DNA from: an uncultured Alphaproteobacteria bacterium
Lineage (GTDB): Bacteria; Pseudomonadota; Alphaproteobacteria; Rhizobiales; Xanthobacteraceae
Assembly: GCA_963756715.1 (NCBI GenBank)
Contig: CAVWOV010000035.1
Span: forward strand, 85,728 to 149,727
Direction: 5' to 3'
DNA: 64,000 bases
The notes below the pieces were generated by a model. It did no database searches, was not told the DNA's origin, and saw only the letters and a list, made by a program, of their open reading frames with translations. This document shows, one piece after another, positions 9,321 through 20,246 of the stretch. How positions within the stretch are numbered: position 1 is the first letter of the stretch; every line of letters begins with the position of its first letter. The position numbers and the translations under genes are program-made.

Positions 9321-11630
9321 ATGAACCTGCCAGCAGCGGCGCTGATCGGTCAACCGGTCGATCGGGCGGAAGACCTGCGATTTCTCACCGGCCGGGGCAA
9401 GTTCGTCGACGATCTTCAGCGCGACGGCATGCTGCACGCGGTCGTGCTGCGCAGCCACGTGGCGCACGGCCAAATTCGCACGATCGATGCATCCGCCGCG
9501 CGAGCGCGGCCCGGCGTTCACGCGGTGATCACCGCCGCCGAGATTGGCGAAGTGCCGGTGATCCCGCTGCGGCTCGCCAATCTCCCGGAGTTCAAGCCGT
9601 ATTTCCAGCCGGTCATCGCCAGCGACAAGGTGCGTTACGTCGGCGAGCCGTTGGCGGTGGTGGTGGCGGACAGCCAGGCGCAGGCCGAGGACGCGCTCGA
9701 CGCGATCGGCGTCGACATCGAGCGACTGCCGGCGGTGGCGGACCGGTATGCGGCGGCGAGCGACGAGTCGCTGTTGTTCGAGCGCAACGGCAGCAACCGC
9801 GCGATCCGCTATGCGGTCGCCTTCGGCGATGCTGACGCCGCGTTTGCCAAGGCGCCGTACACGCGCCGCGAGACCTTCCATTGCCACCGCCTGACCGGGC
9901 TGCCGCTGGAGACCCGCGGCTCGATCGCCGAATGGAACGCCGACAAGACCAGGCTCACGGTGTTCGGCGCCACCAAGGTCTTGTTCTTCAACCGCCGGAT
10001 TCTGGCGCCGATGCTCGGCATCGCCGAAACCGACATCGACATGCTGGAGCCCGATGTCGGCGGCGGCTTCGGCGTGCGGGGCGAGTTCTATCCGGAGGAT
10101 TTTCTCATCCCGTTCGCGGCCCGGCTCACCGGCCGGCCGGTGAAGTGGATCGAGGACCGCCGCGAGCACCTGATGGCGACCAATCACTCGCGCGAGGTCG
10201 ATTGCGACGTCGAAATTGCCTGCACGCGTGACGGTACGATCCTCGCGATGCGGGGCCACGTCTACGGCGACATGGGCGCCTATATCCGCACCAACGGCGG
10301 CGTCGTCCCCGCCAAGGCGGCGCAATTCCTGCCGGGCCCTTACCGCATCCGCGACGTTGCCTTCACGGTCGATGTCCTGATGACCAACAAGACCCCGGTC
10401 GGCACCATGCGGGCGCCCGGCCGCTTCGAGGCGAACTTCTTCCGCGAGCGGCTGCTCGACATGGTGGCGCGCGATCTCGCGCTCGACCCGATGGAGTTCC
10501 GCCGCAAGAACCTGATCGCCGAAGCCGAACTGCCGTTCGCGACCGGCAAGCTCGTGCCCTATGAGAGCGAGACCGAGTTCGACACCGGCGACTACCACGC
10601 GACCTTCGCGCGCGCGTTGAGCGAACTCGGCTGGGACCAAAAGAAGTCGCTGCAAGGGCGGTTGATCGACGGCCGCTACCACGGCCTTGCGGCCGTTCCG
10701 TTCGTCGAGAGCAGCGGATCGGGCAAGGAGAATTCGCGCCTGGTGGTGGAGCCGGACGGCACGGTGACCGTTTATGTCGGCTCCTCGGTGCTGGGGCAGG
10801 GGCTCGAGACCACGCTGGCGCAGGTTGCCGCCGATACGTTGAAGCTGCCGTTCGAGCGCATCAAAATTCTGCACGGCTCGACCACCTATCTGCGCGAAGG
10901 CTTCGGCACCTTCGCGTCGCGCTCGATGGTGGTCGGCGGCTCGGCGGTCGCGGACGGCTGCAACAACCTTCTCGCCGCGATCCGCGCCGCCGCTACCGAG
11001 CGCTTCGGCCTCCCCAACGAGGCAATCGAGATTGCTGACGGCGTGGTGAGCGCCGGCGGCAAGCGCGCAAGTCTTTCGGATTTCGCCGGCGTCGAGGCCG
11101 AAGGCAGCTTCGCGACCACGATCCGCACTTACAGTTACGGCGCTCATGCCTGCCATGTCGCGGTCGATCCGCGCACCGGCGGAGTCGAGATCATCGACTA
11201 TGTCGCCATCGAGGATGTCGGCCGCGCCATCAATCCGCACATCGTCCACGGCCAGGCGATCGGCGCACTGGCGCAAGGGCTGGGCGGCGTGTTTCTCGAC
11301 CAGATCATCTACGACGCGGACGGGCAGATTCTCAACGCATCGCTCGCCGAGTATCTCGTGCCGACCGCATCGGATTTCCCGAACATCCGCGCCATCACGA
11401 TGGAATTGCGCCGCTCCAAAACGAATCCGCTTGGGGCGAAAGGAGCCGGCGAGGGCGGCATGGTGGCGGTGGCGGCGACGGCCGCCAACGCGGTTGCGGC
11501 GGCGCTCGCGCCGCTCGGCGTCGAGGTCCGCGAACTGCCGCTGTCGCCGGCGCGGCTGTGGGCGTTGATCCATGGAACCGCGCCGCCGTCGCCCGTTGAA
11601 GGTTTGCGGCGTTCAGAACCCGCGAGATAA
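9321..11630 (+). CDS. Xanthine dehydrogenase / aldehyde oxidase / CO-dehydrogenase-family molybdopterin-binding large subunit
   Basis: 769-aa intact ORF. N-terminus ..GQPVDRAEDLRFLTGRGKFVDD.., and C-terminal ..NPLGAKGAGEGG.. motif of the family. Confidence 0.9.
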   Translation: MNLPAAALIGQPVDRAEDLRFLTGRGKFVDDLQRDGMLHAVVLRSHVAHGQIRTIDASAARARPGVHAVITAAEIGEVPVIPLRLANLPEFKPYFQPVIASDKVRYVGEPLAVVVADSQAQAEDALDAIGVDIERLPAVADRYAAASDESLLFERNGSNRAIRYAVAFGDADAAFAKAPYTRRETFHCHRLTGLPLETRGSIAEWNADKTRLTVFGATKVLFFNRRILAPMLGIAETDIDMLEPDVGGGFGVRGEFYPEDFLIPFAARLTGRPVKWIEDRREHLMATNHSREVDCDVEIACTRDGTILAMRGHVYGDMGAYIRTNGGVVPAKAAQFLPGPYRIRDVAFTVDVLMTNKTPVGTMRAPGRFEANFFRERLLDMVARDLALDPMEFRRKNLIAEAELPFATGKLVPYESETEFDTGDYHATFARALSELGWDQKKSLQGRLIDGRYHGLAAVPFVESSGSGKENSRLVVEPDGTVTVYVGSSVLGQGLETTLAQVAADTLKLPFERIKILHGSTTYLREGFGTFASRSMVVGGSAVADGCNNLLAAIRAAATERFGLPNEAIEIADGVVSAGGKRASLSDFAGVEAEGSFATTIRTYSYGAHACHVAVDPRTGGVEIIDYVAIEDVGRAINPHIVHGQAIGALAQGLGGVFLDQIIYDADGQILNASLAEYLVPTASDFPNIRAITMELRRSKTNPLGAKGAGEGGMVAVAATAANAVAAALAPLGVEVRELPLSPARLWALIHGTAPPSPVEGLRRSEPAR

Positions 11631-11638
11631 ACGGCGGG

Positions 11639-12721
11639 TCACGGCCGGCCAAGAATGTGGGCGTCCGCCGGCGACCAATAGAGCTTCACATTCATTCCGC
11701 GCCGCGGCATGTCGGCCGCGGCCCCGACCATGCGTGCGCGCAACGGCAGGCCGTGGGTGGTCCCGATCACCAGGAGCGAGTCACCGTAGTTGATGACTTC
11801 GTCCACGGTCATGTCGAATTCGTTGTCCGCATTCTCGCCATGCCCGGAGGCGCGCAGCCGTAGCCGCTCGGGCCGGATCAGCAGTTCGATCTCGCCGGAC
11901 GCTCTCGCCGGCTGCCCCTCGGGGGCGACGCGCACCGGGCCGATGGCTGTCAGCTCGACCCGGCCCGGTTGCGCGGGATCGATCCGCCCGGCGAAGATAT
12001 TGCTGTCGCCGATGAATTGGCCGACGAACCGGCTGACCGGCCGGTTGTAGACATCGAGCGGCGCGCCGACCTGCTCCAGCCTGCCGTTGCGGAAAACCGC
12101 CACCCGGTCGGACATCGTCATGGCTTCGGTCTGATCGTGGGTGACGTAGATCATGGTGATGCCGACGTCGCGGTGGATGCGCTTGATCTCGACCTGCATC
12201 TGCTCGCGCAGGTTCTTGTCGAGCGCGCCCAAGGGCTCGTCGAGCAGCAGCACGTCCGGATTGAACACCAGGCCGCGCGCCAGCGCCACGCGCTGCTGCT
12301 GACCGCCCGACAACTCGCGCGGATAGCGGCCGGCGAACTGGCTGAGGCCCACGAGATCGAGCACCTTGTCGACGCGCGCATCGACGTCGCCCCGGGGGAA
12401 ACGCCGCATCTTCAGCGGGAACCGCACGTTCTTCGCCGCCGTCATGTGCGGAAACAGCGCGTAGTTCTGGAACACCATGCCGATGTTGCGCTCGTAGGGC
12501 TTGCTGAGCACCAGGTCCTTGCCGGCCAGTTCGATCGCGCCGCTGGTCGGAAACTCGAAGCCCGCGATCATCATCAGCGTCGTGGTCTTGCCCGACCCGC
12601 TCGGCCCGAGGAAGGTAACGAACTCGCCGCGCGCGATATCGATGGAGATATCGTCCACGGCATTGGTTTTGCCGTCGTAGGATTTGACGATGTTCCGCAG
12701 GCAGAGATAGCCGGACCCCAC
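11639..12721 (-). CDS. PotA/Fbp-type ABC transporter ATP-binding protein
   Basis: GTG start. Walker A GPSGSGKTT, signature LSGGQQQRVALARG, Walker B LLLDEPLGALD, and a C-terminal TOBE-like region. Confidence 0.9.
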   Translation of the reverse strand: MGSGYLCLRNIVKSYDGKTNAVDDISIDIARGEFVTFLGPSGSGKTTTLMMIAGFEFPTSGAIELAGKDLVLSKPYERNIGMVFQNYALFPHMTAAKNVRFPLKMRRFPRGDVDARVDKVLDLVGLSQFAGRYPRELSGGQQQRVALARGLVFNPDVLLLDEPLGALDKNLREQMQVEIKRIHRDVGITMIYVTHDQTEAMTMSDRVAVFRNGRLEQVGAPLDVYNRPVSRFVGQFIGDSNIFAGRIDPAQPGRVELTAIGPVRVAPEGQPARASGEIELLIRPERLRLRASGHGENADNEFDMTVDEVINYGDSLLVIGTTHGLPLRARMVGAAADMPRRGMNVKLYWSPADAHILGRP

Positions 12722-12725
12722 CGGA

Positions 12726-14849
12726 TCATCCCCTCGCTTGCGGTTTGGCGACGATCAACGCATCGACCACCACGCAGCCGCGGCCATCGGCGCGCGCCTT
12801 GATCGGGTTGAGGTCGACCTCGGCGAGAACATCGGCGTTGTGGTGGGCAAAATCCGCCAGCGCGTAGAGGCACGTCGCCAGGCTTTTCACGTCGGCCGCC
12901 GGCCGGCCGCGGACCGCGCTGAGCAGCGCCGCACCGCGGGTCTCGGCAATCATCGCTTCGGCGTCGCCCTCGCGCAGCGGCAGCGTCCGCAGCGCAAAGT
13001 CGCGGGTGACTTCGATGGCGATGCCGCCCATGCCGAACGCGATGGTCAGGCCGAAATCCGGGTCGCGCGAAATGCCGGCGAACACCTCGACACCGTCGGC
13101 GACGAATTCCTGCACCAGGAAGGCCAGATCGGACGGCCGCTGTTCCAGCTTCTCGACGCGTTCGTTGAGCTGCGCGAAGGCGCGGGCCAACTCGTCGTCG
13201 CTACGAAGATTGACCGCCACCAGCCCCAGGTCGGACTTGTGCGCGATTTCGTCGGACAGCACCTTGAGCACCACCGGAAAACCAAGTTCTCGGCCGGCCG
13301 CGGTGGCCTCGCTAAGCGTCGTGACCCGGCGCTCGCGCGACACCGGCACGCCGTAGGCCGACAGCAACTGCTTGGAATCGAACTCATTGATGGTCGGCCG
13401 GCCGGGTTTTGCGGCGATCAACTCGGCCAGTCCGGATTGCGGCTTGACCGCAGGCGTGCGCACCGGCGGCTGCCCGCCCATGTAGCGTCCGACACGATCG
13501 AGCGCCGCGAGGCCCTGGCGCGTACCGCCGATCACCACGAGACCCTCCTGGCGCATCGCGTCGACCTGCTGCCGGTTCATCACGCCCGAGCGGGTACTCA
13601 GGAGGTAGTACGGCTTGCTGGATTGGCTCGCGGCCTTCGCCAGCATGGTGACATTCTCCAGCACGCGGCCCGGATGACCGAGCAGCGGTTCGTTGCTGGT
13701 GTCGCTGCAGTACACGACCGACGAAATGCGCTCGCTCTTGTCCACCACCGACATGGCGTGCGGGAGGTTGACCGCATAGTTGCCGTTGCCCCAGGCATCG
13801 AACGGGTTGCCGTCGCCGGTAATCCGCCCGATCACGCTTTCGGCGTCCTTGCGCTCCGCCGGCGAGAGCGGCGGCAGGTCAAGGCCGAGCACCGTCGCAT
13901 TGTCGAGCATCAACTCGGCTAGGCCGCCCGAACCGGTGATGACCGAGATGCCGCGCCCGCGCGGCCAGCGCGCACCCTGGCAAACCGCGAGCACTTCGGT
14001 CATCTCGTCGAGATCGTTGACCTCGATGGCGCGATGGGCGCGCAGCAGCTCGGAGAACACGCGCGATTCTCCGGCCAGCCCGCCGGTGTGGCTGGTGATG
14101 GCGCGCTGCGTGCGTTCGGTCTTGCCGACCTTGAGCACGACCACTGGCTTGCCGGCGTTCGCGGCCCGGTCCAGCGCGGCGACGTAGCGCTCGGGTTCGC
14201 GCACCGACTCGGTGAACGTGCCGATCACCTTGGTGTTGGGGTCGTCGATCAGATATTCGATGTAGTCGACGGTTCGCGTGACCGCTTCATTGCCCGCCGA
14301 TACCGAAAGGCTGATGCCGAAGCGGCGCAAATCGGACAGCATGGCGATACAGACCGAGCCGCTCTGCGAGATGAAGCCGACATTGCCGGCGAGTCCTACC
14401 GGGTCCATCACGGTCTGCTTGTAGGTAGTCACGCGCGCCGGCGGATTGATGATGCCCATGCAGTTGGGGCCGCAGACCGGCATGCCGGCTTCGCGGCAGA
14501 ACCCGGCAATCTCGGCCTGCAGCCGCGCGCCATCCTCGCCGAGTTCGGCAAAGCCGCTGTCGTAGATTACCGCCGCCCGCGCGCCGCGCCGCGCCGCCAG
14601 CCGCAGCTGCTCGGGAATGAGCGGATTGCGGATGCTGAAGACGACGACATCGGGCGCTTCCGGCAGGTCGGTCAGGGTCGGATAACAGACGTGGTTGAGC
14701 ACGGTCTGGTACTTCGGATTGACCGGATAGATCGCGCCGGGGAAGCCGAGCGCGCCGAGCGACTCGATGACCGAGCGCGCCGGGCTCGGCCGGTCGGTCG
14801 CGCCGACGATTGCCACCGACCGGGGTTTGACCAGGGGATCAAGCTGCAT
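12726..14849 (-). CDS. ADP-forming acyl-CoA synthetase family protein (CoA-binding + succinyl-CoA-synthetase-like + ATP-grasp domains)
   Basis: 707-aa ORF. N-terminus PRSVAIVGATDRP..YPVNPKY (CoA-binding), and a C-terminal ATP-grasp-like region (..EFDSKQLLSAYGVPV..). Overlaps the upstream permease stop by 11 nt. Confidence 0.8.
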   Translation of the reverse strand: MQLDPLVKPRSVAIVGATDRPSPARSVIESLGALGFPGAIYPVNPKYQTVLNHVCYPTLTDLPEAPDVVVFSIRNPLIPEQLRLAARRGARAAVIYDSGFAELGEDGARLQAEIAGFCREAGMPVCGPNCMGIINPPARVTTYKQTVMDPVGLAGNVGFISQSGSVCIAMLSDLRRFGISLSVSAGNEAVTRTVDYIEYLIDDPNTKVIGTFTESVREPERYVAALDRAANAGKPVVVLKVGKTERTQRAITSHTGGLAGESRVFSELLRAHRAIEVNDLDEMTEVLAVCQGARWPRGRGISVITGSGGLAELMLDNATVLGLDLPPLSPAERKDAESVIGRITGDGNPFDAWGNGNYAVNLPHAMSVVDKSERISSVVYCSDTSNEPLLGHPGRVLENVTMLAKAASQSSKPYYLLSTRSGVMNRQQVDAMRQEGLVVIGGTRQGLAALDRVGRYMGGQPPVRTPAVKPQSGLAELIAAKPGRPTINEFDSKQLLSAYGVPVSRERRVTTLSEATAAGRELGFPVVLKVLSDEIAHKSDLGLVAVNLRSDDELARAFAQLNERVEKLEQRPSDLAFLVQEFVADGVEVFAGISRDPDFGLTIAFGMGGIAIEVTRDFALRTLPLREGDAEAMIAETRGAALLSAVRGRPAADVKSLATCLYALADFAHHNADVLAEVDLNPIKARADGRGCVVVDALIVAKPQARG

Positions 14850-15615
14850 GGGTTGTCCTTTGACGAAAGAAAAGCGAGATCAGAACGCCGAGCAGGACCG
14901 CGCCGGTCAGCAGCGTCGACACCACGGCGATGACGGGATCGGATTCGAGCCGGATGCTTTCGAACATCTTCTTCGGCAGCGTCGAGGCATCGCGGCCGGC
15001 GATGAAGATCGCCACCACTGCCTCGTTGAACGAGTGCAGGAAGGCAAACAGCGCTCCGACCAGGATGCCGGGCCGCAGCACCGGCAGCGTGACCCAGAAG
15101 AACGTGCGCAACGGCCCGGCGCCGGCGCTCATCGCGGCCCGTTCAAGATTGCGGTCGAAACCCTTGAGGCTGGCGGCGATAACCAGAAAGGCAACCGGGA
15201 TCGATAGCACGCTGTGCGCGACGATCATCCCGGTGCGCGTGCCCACCAGATAGACAGCGCTGAGAAAGCCGTAATAGCCGAGCGCACTCACCACCGCCGG
15301 CACGATGATCGGCAGCATGATCATCAGATTCAGCGCGCTCTTGCCGTAGAACTTGTAGCGCACGAAACCGAACGCTGCCGGCAGTGCGACCGCCATCGTG
15401 AAGACCATCGATCCGAACGCAATGATGAACGAGTTGGCGGTGGCCTCGAGCCAGGCATGGCTGGCGAAGTACTGCGCGTAATACCCGGTCCAATAGCCCG
15501 GCGGCGGGAACTCGAACGAGATCGCCGAACTGAACGACATCGGCACGATGATGAAGATCGGGGCGACCAGAAAGATCGCGACCAGCCAGGCAAGTGCCAG
15601 CGGGATCCTGGTCAT
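14839..15615 (-). CDS. ABC transporter permease (PotC-like)
   Basis: 258-aa polytopic membrane ORF in an operon with 15619..16473. Confidence 0.85.
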   Translation of the reverse strand: MTRIPLALAWLVAIFLVAPIFIIVPMSFSSAISFEFPPPGYWTGYYAQYFASHAWLEATANSFIIAFGSMVFTMAVALPAAFGFVRYKFYGKSALNLMIMLPIIVPAVVSALGYYGFLSAVYLVGTRTGMIVAHSVLSIPVAFLVIAASLKGFDRNLERAAMSAGAGPLRTFFWVTLPVLRPGILVGALFAFLHSFNEAVVAIFIAGRDASTLPKKMFESIRLESDPVIAVVSTLLTGAVLLGVLISLFFRQRTTHAA

Positions 15616-15618
15616 CGC

Positions 15619-16473
15619 CTAACCCCAGAGCCGGTCGAGCCCGGCAAACCGATTGTAGATGCCGAGCAGGAACAGCGTGACGGCGAGCAGAACGACCGCG
15701 ATTGCGGACGCGAAGCCCCAGGCGAGAAGGTCCTCGATCTGCTGGCTGATGAGCTGGGAGATCATCATGTCCTTGGGCGTGCCGAGCAGGATCGGCGTGA
15801 TGTAGAAGCCAAGGCACATGGTGAACACCAGCACGCAGCCGTTGACGACACCGGGGAGGCTGAGCGGAAGGAACACATGGCGGAAGGCCGTGAACGGAGG
15901 CGCGCCGAGGCCTTCGGCCGCGCGCAGGTAGGATGGATCGATTTTGCGCATCACCCCGTAGAGCGCAAGCACCATGTAGGGCAGCAGGACGTGCGTCATG
16001 CCCAGCGTCGAACTGAAGGACGTGAACAGAAGCTGGGGCGGCTTGCCCCAGCCGGCCAACGCGTAGATCGCCGTGACCGGGCCCTTGTTGCCGAGGATCA
16101 CCAGCCAGGCATACGTGCGCACGACGAATCCGGTCCAGAAGCTCAATCCGACCACCACGAGGAAAATGATCGCCACCGCGTCGTTGCGGCGCGCCATCAC
16201 GTAGGCGAGGGGATAGCCGAGCACGAGACAGGCGACCGTGACGATCAGCGATGTCTTGAAGGTGTTGATCATCACGTTCGCATAGAGCGGAACGGTGAAC
16301 AGGCGCCGGTAGTGGTTGAGCGACACGGTCGGATCGGTAACGCTGAGCAGCAGCACGTAGCCGATCGGAATGATGAACAGCACCACGATGGTCAATATCG
16401 CCGGCGCCAGCAGCAGCCCGGCGGTCAAGCCTTCACGGGGCGGTCGGGCATGCGATGTGACTTGTTGCATCAC
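15619..16473 (-). CDS. ABC transporter permease (PotB-like)
   Basis: 284-aa polytopic membrane ORF with an EAA-like loop (..RAAEGLGAPPFTAFRHVFLP..). Confidence 0.85.
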   Translation of the reverse strand: MMQQVTSHARPPREGLTAGLLLAPAILTIVVLFIIPIGYVLLLSVTDPTVSLNHYRRLFTVPLYANVMINTFKTSLIVTVACLVLGYPLAYVMARRNDAVAIIFLVVVGLSFWTGFVVRTYAWLVILGNKGPVTAIYALAGWGKPPQLLFTSFSSTLGMTHVLLPYMVLALYGVMRKIDPSYLRAAEGLGAPPFTAFRHVFLPLSLPGVVNGCVLVFTMCLGFYITPILLGTPKDMMISQLISQQIEDLLAWGFASAIAVVLLAVTLFLLGIYNRFAGLDRLWG

Positions 16474-16935
16474 CGCGTCCGGCGTTCGCGGAGCTTGCGC
16501 ATACTGGGTGCAGGCGCTTCCGGGTCAGGCGAAGAGCTTTGTTTCAGGTGCTCGGGATCGGTCGGCAATTTGCGCGCCGGCATGAAATCGAGGGTTTTCG
16601 GATCGGAAAGGCTATCGACAAGGGATGTAGAAAGCCAAGTCACGCGCCCGCAAGTTGTGCGCGACGGCGGCCGCAGCGAACGGGTCCACCAAGGCCGTAG
16701 CCCGCGGGGACGTGACAAAATGCCTTCGATCGATCCCATCGCCCTTTGCCCTGTCGCGGCCGCTCTCCGACACAAGCCGCGCCTCGGCACGTTTGCAGGT
16801 GAGCACGCAAATTATGTAACATGAAAACTGCTGGGAACCATTCAGCCGCAAGTTGCTGGAGCATCGCGCCGAACCATTCAGATGGACAAGATCGCGCCCG
16901 TGCTCGACAGCCCGGCTCCGCCAATGAGATGACCA

Positions 16936-18003
16936 GTGAGGGATGACATGACAGGTCGAATTCTGATTTCCCGCCGAAGGATATTGACCCTGGGCGGCGG
17001 CTCCGTGATCGCTGCGCCCTTTATCATGCGCTCGGCGCGCGCCCAGGCCCGGACCGTCTATGTCAACTCGTATGGCGGCGTCTGGGAGACCGCGTGGAAG
17101 AAGGCGTTCTTCGATCCGTTTACCGCGCAAACCGGAATCCAGATCAAGCCGGTGCCCGGCGTGTCGTTCGCCAAGCTCAAGGCGCAGGTGCAGACCAAGA
17201 ATTACGATTGGAACGTCATCAATATCGGCGACGTCGAATACGGCCAGGCGGTGCTCGAGGGCCTGCTCGATAAGGTCGACAAATCGGCCGCCGGGGCGGA
17301 TCAGTTGCCGCCGCAGATCGTGCGCGAATTCGGCATCACCAGTTATTCGCTCGGCACCAATCTGGTCTATCGCAAGGACAAGTTTCCAAATGGCGGCCCG
17401 CAAAGCTGGGCGGACTTCTGGGACGTCAAGCGGTTTCCCGGGCCGCGCTGCCTGTTCGACCGGTCGTTCACGTGTCTCGCGTTCGCGCTGCTCGCTGACG
17501 GCGTGCCGGCCGACAAGCTCTATCCGATGGACGTCGACCGTGCGTTCCGCAAGATGGACCAGATCAAGCCGCACATCAAAGTGTGGTGGAAGCAGGGGTC
17601 GCAGTCGCAACAGCTCATCCGTGACGGTGAGGTCGACATGATCGCGATGTGGAGTGCGCGCGCCGTCGACCTGATCAAGGACAAGGTGCCGGTCGAAATC
17701 GTCTGGAACGGGGCCGAAATCTACAACGCCAACCTGCTGGTGGCGAAGGGCGATCCCAACGCCAAGGCGGCGTGGGAGTTCTGCGGTTTCGTTGCGCAAG
17801 CCAAGCCGCAGGCGGACTTCGCAAACATTCTGCCGTACGGACCCGCGAACCCGGGCGCACGGGCCTTGATGACCGAGGCGAAGCTGCGACTGACCCCGGC
17901 CTGGCCCGAGCACGAGAAGATCGGGTTCACGCACGACGCGGCCTGGATCGCGCCACGCCTCGCCAAAATACGCGAGCGCTGGACGCAGTGGCTCACGACG
18001 TGA
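16936..18003 (+). CDS. Extracellular solute-binding protein (PotD/family-1 type) with twin-arginine-like signal
   Basis: The sequence ..ISRRRILTLGGGSVIAAPFIMRSARAQ is followed by a mature binding-protein sequence. Divergent from the Pot-like permease operon. Start may be 16936 (GTG) or 16948 (ATG). Confidence 0.8.
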   Translation: MRDDMTGRILISRRRILTLGGGSVIAAPFIMRSARAQARTVYVNSYGGVWETAWKKAFFDPFTAQTGIQIKPVPGVSFAKLKAQVQTKNYDWNVINIGDVEYGQAVLEGLLDKVDKSAAGADQLPPQIVREFGITSYSLGTNLVYRKDKFPNGGPQSWADFWDVKRFPGPRCLFDRSFTCLAFALLADGVPADKLYPMDVDRAFRKMDQIKPHIKVWWKQGSQSQQLIRDGEVDMIAMWSARAVDLIKDKVPVEIVWNGAEIYNANLLVAKGDPNAKAAWEFCGFVAQAKPQADFANILPYGPANPGARALMTEAKLRLTPAWPEHEKIGFTHDAAWIAPRLAKIRERWTQWLTT

Positions 18004-18006
18004 GCG

Positions 18007-20012
18007 TTATCGAAACCAGGCAAACAGCAGGCCTTCAGGAAACGGCACATGCAAGAGGTATACAAACAGGCCGTAAAATGAAGCCCAGGCGAAAATCGTG
18101 AGGGCAAGCGTAATTGGCCATCGCTCTTTCGCCACTTGAGGTAGAGAAAAGTCATAACCGCTACGGCTATGGAAAATCCAAGCAACCAGATGGCGACAAA
18201 GTAACCCAGTATCCAGGCGCAGATTTTAACGATGTCGCGCGTGGCCTCGTGGTCGCGCGCTTTGACCCAGCCACGACGGAGCATTTTGACCACGCCCGCA
18301 ATATCCAGATCCAACTGAAGGAACGCGAGCGGCAAGCCCAGGAAGCCGACGACCCAGGGGAAAAGACCCGGGCGGAATTGCCAGTCCCATGCGTGCCACA
18401 GCGCCCACGCGAACAGCGCGACCACAAACAGACTGAAGGCCGGCATCGAGATCGAGACCGGGACGGCGTCCCTGGTTTGGAGTGCCGCGACCTCGGCCAA
18501 TTCTTTGTACCGGGGCTTGTTCCGCTTTTCCCGCCATCTCTGAAACACCGGGTAGAACGTCCCCAGCACAATCAAAGCAAACAGGCCTATGACGCTGGGG
18601 AAGCCGAGCCATTCCAGCCCGTAATTGTCGATGGACAGAAAGAGGTTCTGTTCCGCCAGCTTTCCCAAGACCAAGCCCAGGATCAACGGAGGACGGGGCC
18701 AGTCGGTCTGCACCATGACCCATCCCAGCGCGCCAAAGGCGAGCATCGTGATGACGTCGCCCAGCGCGTTGTTTTCCGCAAAGGCGCCGATGTAACTCAG
18801 AATCAGAATGAACGGAATTACCAGGGTGCTTCGCACCTGGGTGATTTTGGCGATTTGTCCCAGAAAGAGAAAACAGACCGCCGTCGTGATGATGTTGGAA
18901 ACGACAATGATCCACACGAAGGAAAAGGTCAGCGAGAGATGGCCGCCTTTGGAGGCCGGGGACAGCATCTCCGGTCCCGGAACCAGACCTTGGATGAGAA
19001 ATGCGCCCAACAGGATCGCCGTGCTGACGCTGCCGGGAACCCCAAAGGCGACGGTAGGGACCATCGCGCCGCCCAGGGTCGAATGGTTCGCTGCGGCCGG
19101 GCCTAAAACTCCCTCGACCGCGCCTTTGCCAAAGCGCTCTTTGTCGGGGGAGCTTTGTACGGCATGGGCATAGGAGACCCACTGGGATACGGCGCCGCCC
19201 ATGCCGGGAATGATCCCGATATAAGTGCCGAGAGCACTGCAGCGAAGAACCAAGGCCCAATGGCGGAAGGTATCCTTGACCCCTTGGAGGACGCCGCCGA
19301 TTTTCCCCACATCCGACTTGGCAATGCTGGTCCCTGCCGTCGCCATGTCGATGATCTCCGGGATGGCGAACAGGCCGAGCGTCGCAGGTACCAATCGAAT
19401 TCCGTCCCAGAGATAGAGCGATCCGAAGGTATATCTTTCGGTACCCGAAATGGGATCGAGCCCGACCAAAGAAAACAACAGCCCGAGGCACGCCGCGACG
19501 AGCCCTTTCACGGCAGATCCGCCGGTCAGCGAAGCCAGGAACGCGATGCCGAGCATGGCGAACATGAAGTACTGCGGCGAACCCACGGATAAGACCAAGG
19601 GCCTCACCGCTGGAATGCAGATCGCCAGACACAGCGCGCCAAATATCGCCCCCACAAACGAACTCATCAACGCAGCTCCGAGGGCGCGCCCGGCCTCCCC
19701 TTTCTTTGCCATGGGATGGCCGTCAACAAGCATGGAGGCGGTGATGGGTTCTCCCGGCACGCCGAAGAGGATCGACGTGATGTCACCCGTGGTGGCGGTA
19801 ACAGCCGTCATTCCGAGGAGAAATGAAAAAGCCTCCACCGGGGTCATTGGATAAATAAAAGGAAGCATCAGGGCCAGGGTGACCGGCCCGCCAATGCCCG
19901 GCAGGATTCCCACCATGAAGCCGATGGCGATCCCCAACAACTGGAGAACGAAGGCCTTCCAGGTAAAGAGCTGGATCAGGCCTTGGAGACAGGCATCGAG
20001 GATGTCGACCAT
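18007..20012 (-). CDS. Tripartite tricarboxylate transporter permease, TctA fused to a TctB-like C-terminal module; apparent frameshift at about 18100-18160
   Basis: The first ~500 aa are TctA-like (MVDILDACLQGL..GILPGIGGP..). The tail is a 4-TM TctB-like region. The ORF-track version (to 17721) overlaps the convergent binding-protein gene by 280 nt. Shifting one frame near the A4 run at 18147-18150 gives ..AKERWPITLALTIFAWASFYGLFVYLLHVPFPEGLLFAWFR-stop at 18007. Confidence 0.75.
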
Positions 20013-20070
20013 CGCAGAATTCCAGCGAGGCGCGCGGCAGCCGCCACGCCCCCGCAGAAGATGGACTGCG

Positions 20071-20240
20071 CTAGTGGTCCAATTCTAACATTCGCACCCC
20101 GTTTCGTTGGGTTCGTATTGCGAATGTTAGAATCAAAGGACCACTAGCAAGTATAAGTTGCTAGTGGAGTTTTGGATTTGACATTCGCTTTACAGACTCG
20201 CGGCAAGGTGGGGTAGCGAATGTCAAATCCACTCCACTGG
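20071..20240. repeat. Cluster of three overlapping long hairpins between tctC-like and tctBA-like genes
   Basis: Hairpin A: CTAGTGGTCCAATTCTAACATTCGCA..TGCGAATGTTAGAATcaaaGGACCACTAG (20071-20147). Bridging hairpin: CCACTAGCAA-gtataag-TTGCTAGTGG (20141-20167). Hairpin B: CTAGTGGAGTtttGGATTTGACATTCGCT..AGCGAATGTCAAATCCACTCCACTGG (20161-20240). Relatives occur at 26773-26846 and 27201-27265. Confidence 0.85.
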
Positions 20241-20246
20241 TCGCCG

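Noticed and set aside
17721-18006. C-terminal ~95 codons of ORF 17721..20012, which overlap the convergent binding-protein gene.
   Set aside because: This is Cys/Arg-rich nonsense. A one-base shift gives a hydrophobic TctB-like end that stops at 18007, 3 nt from the neighbouring stop.
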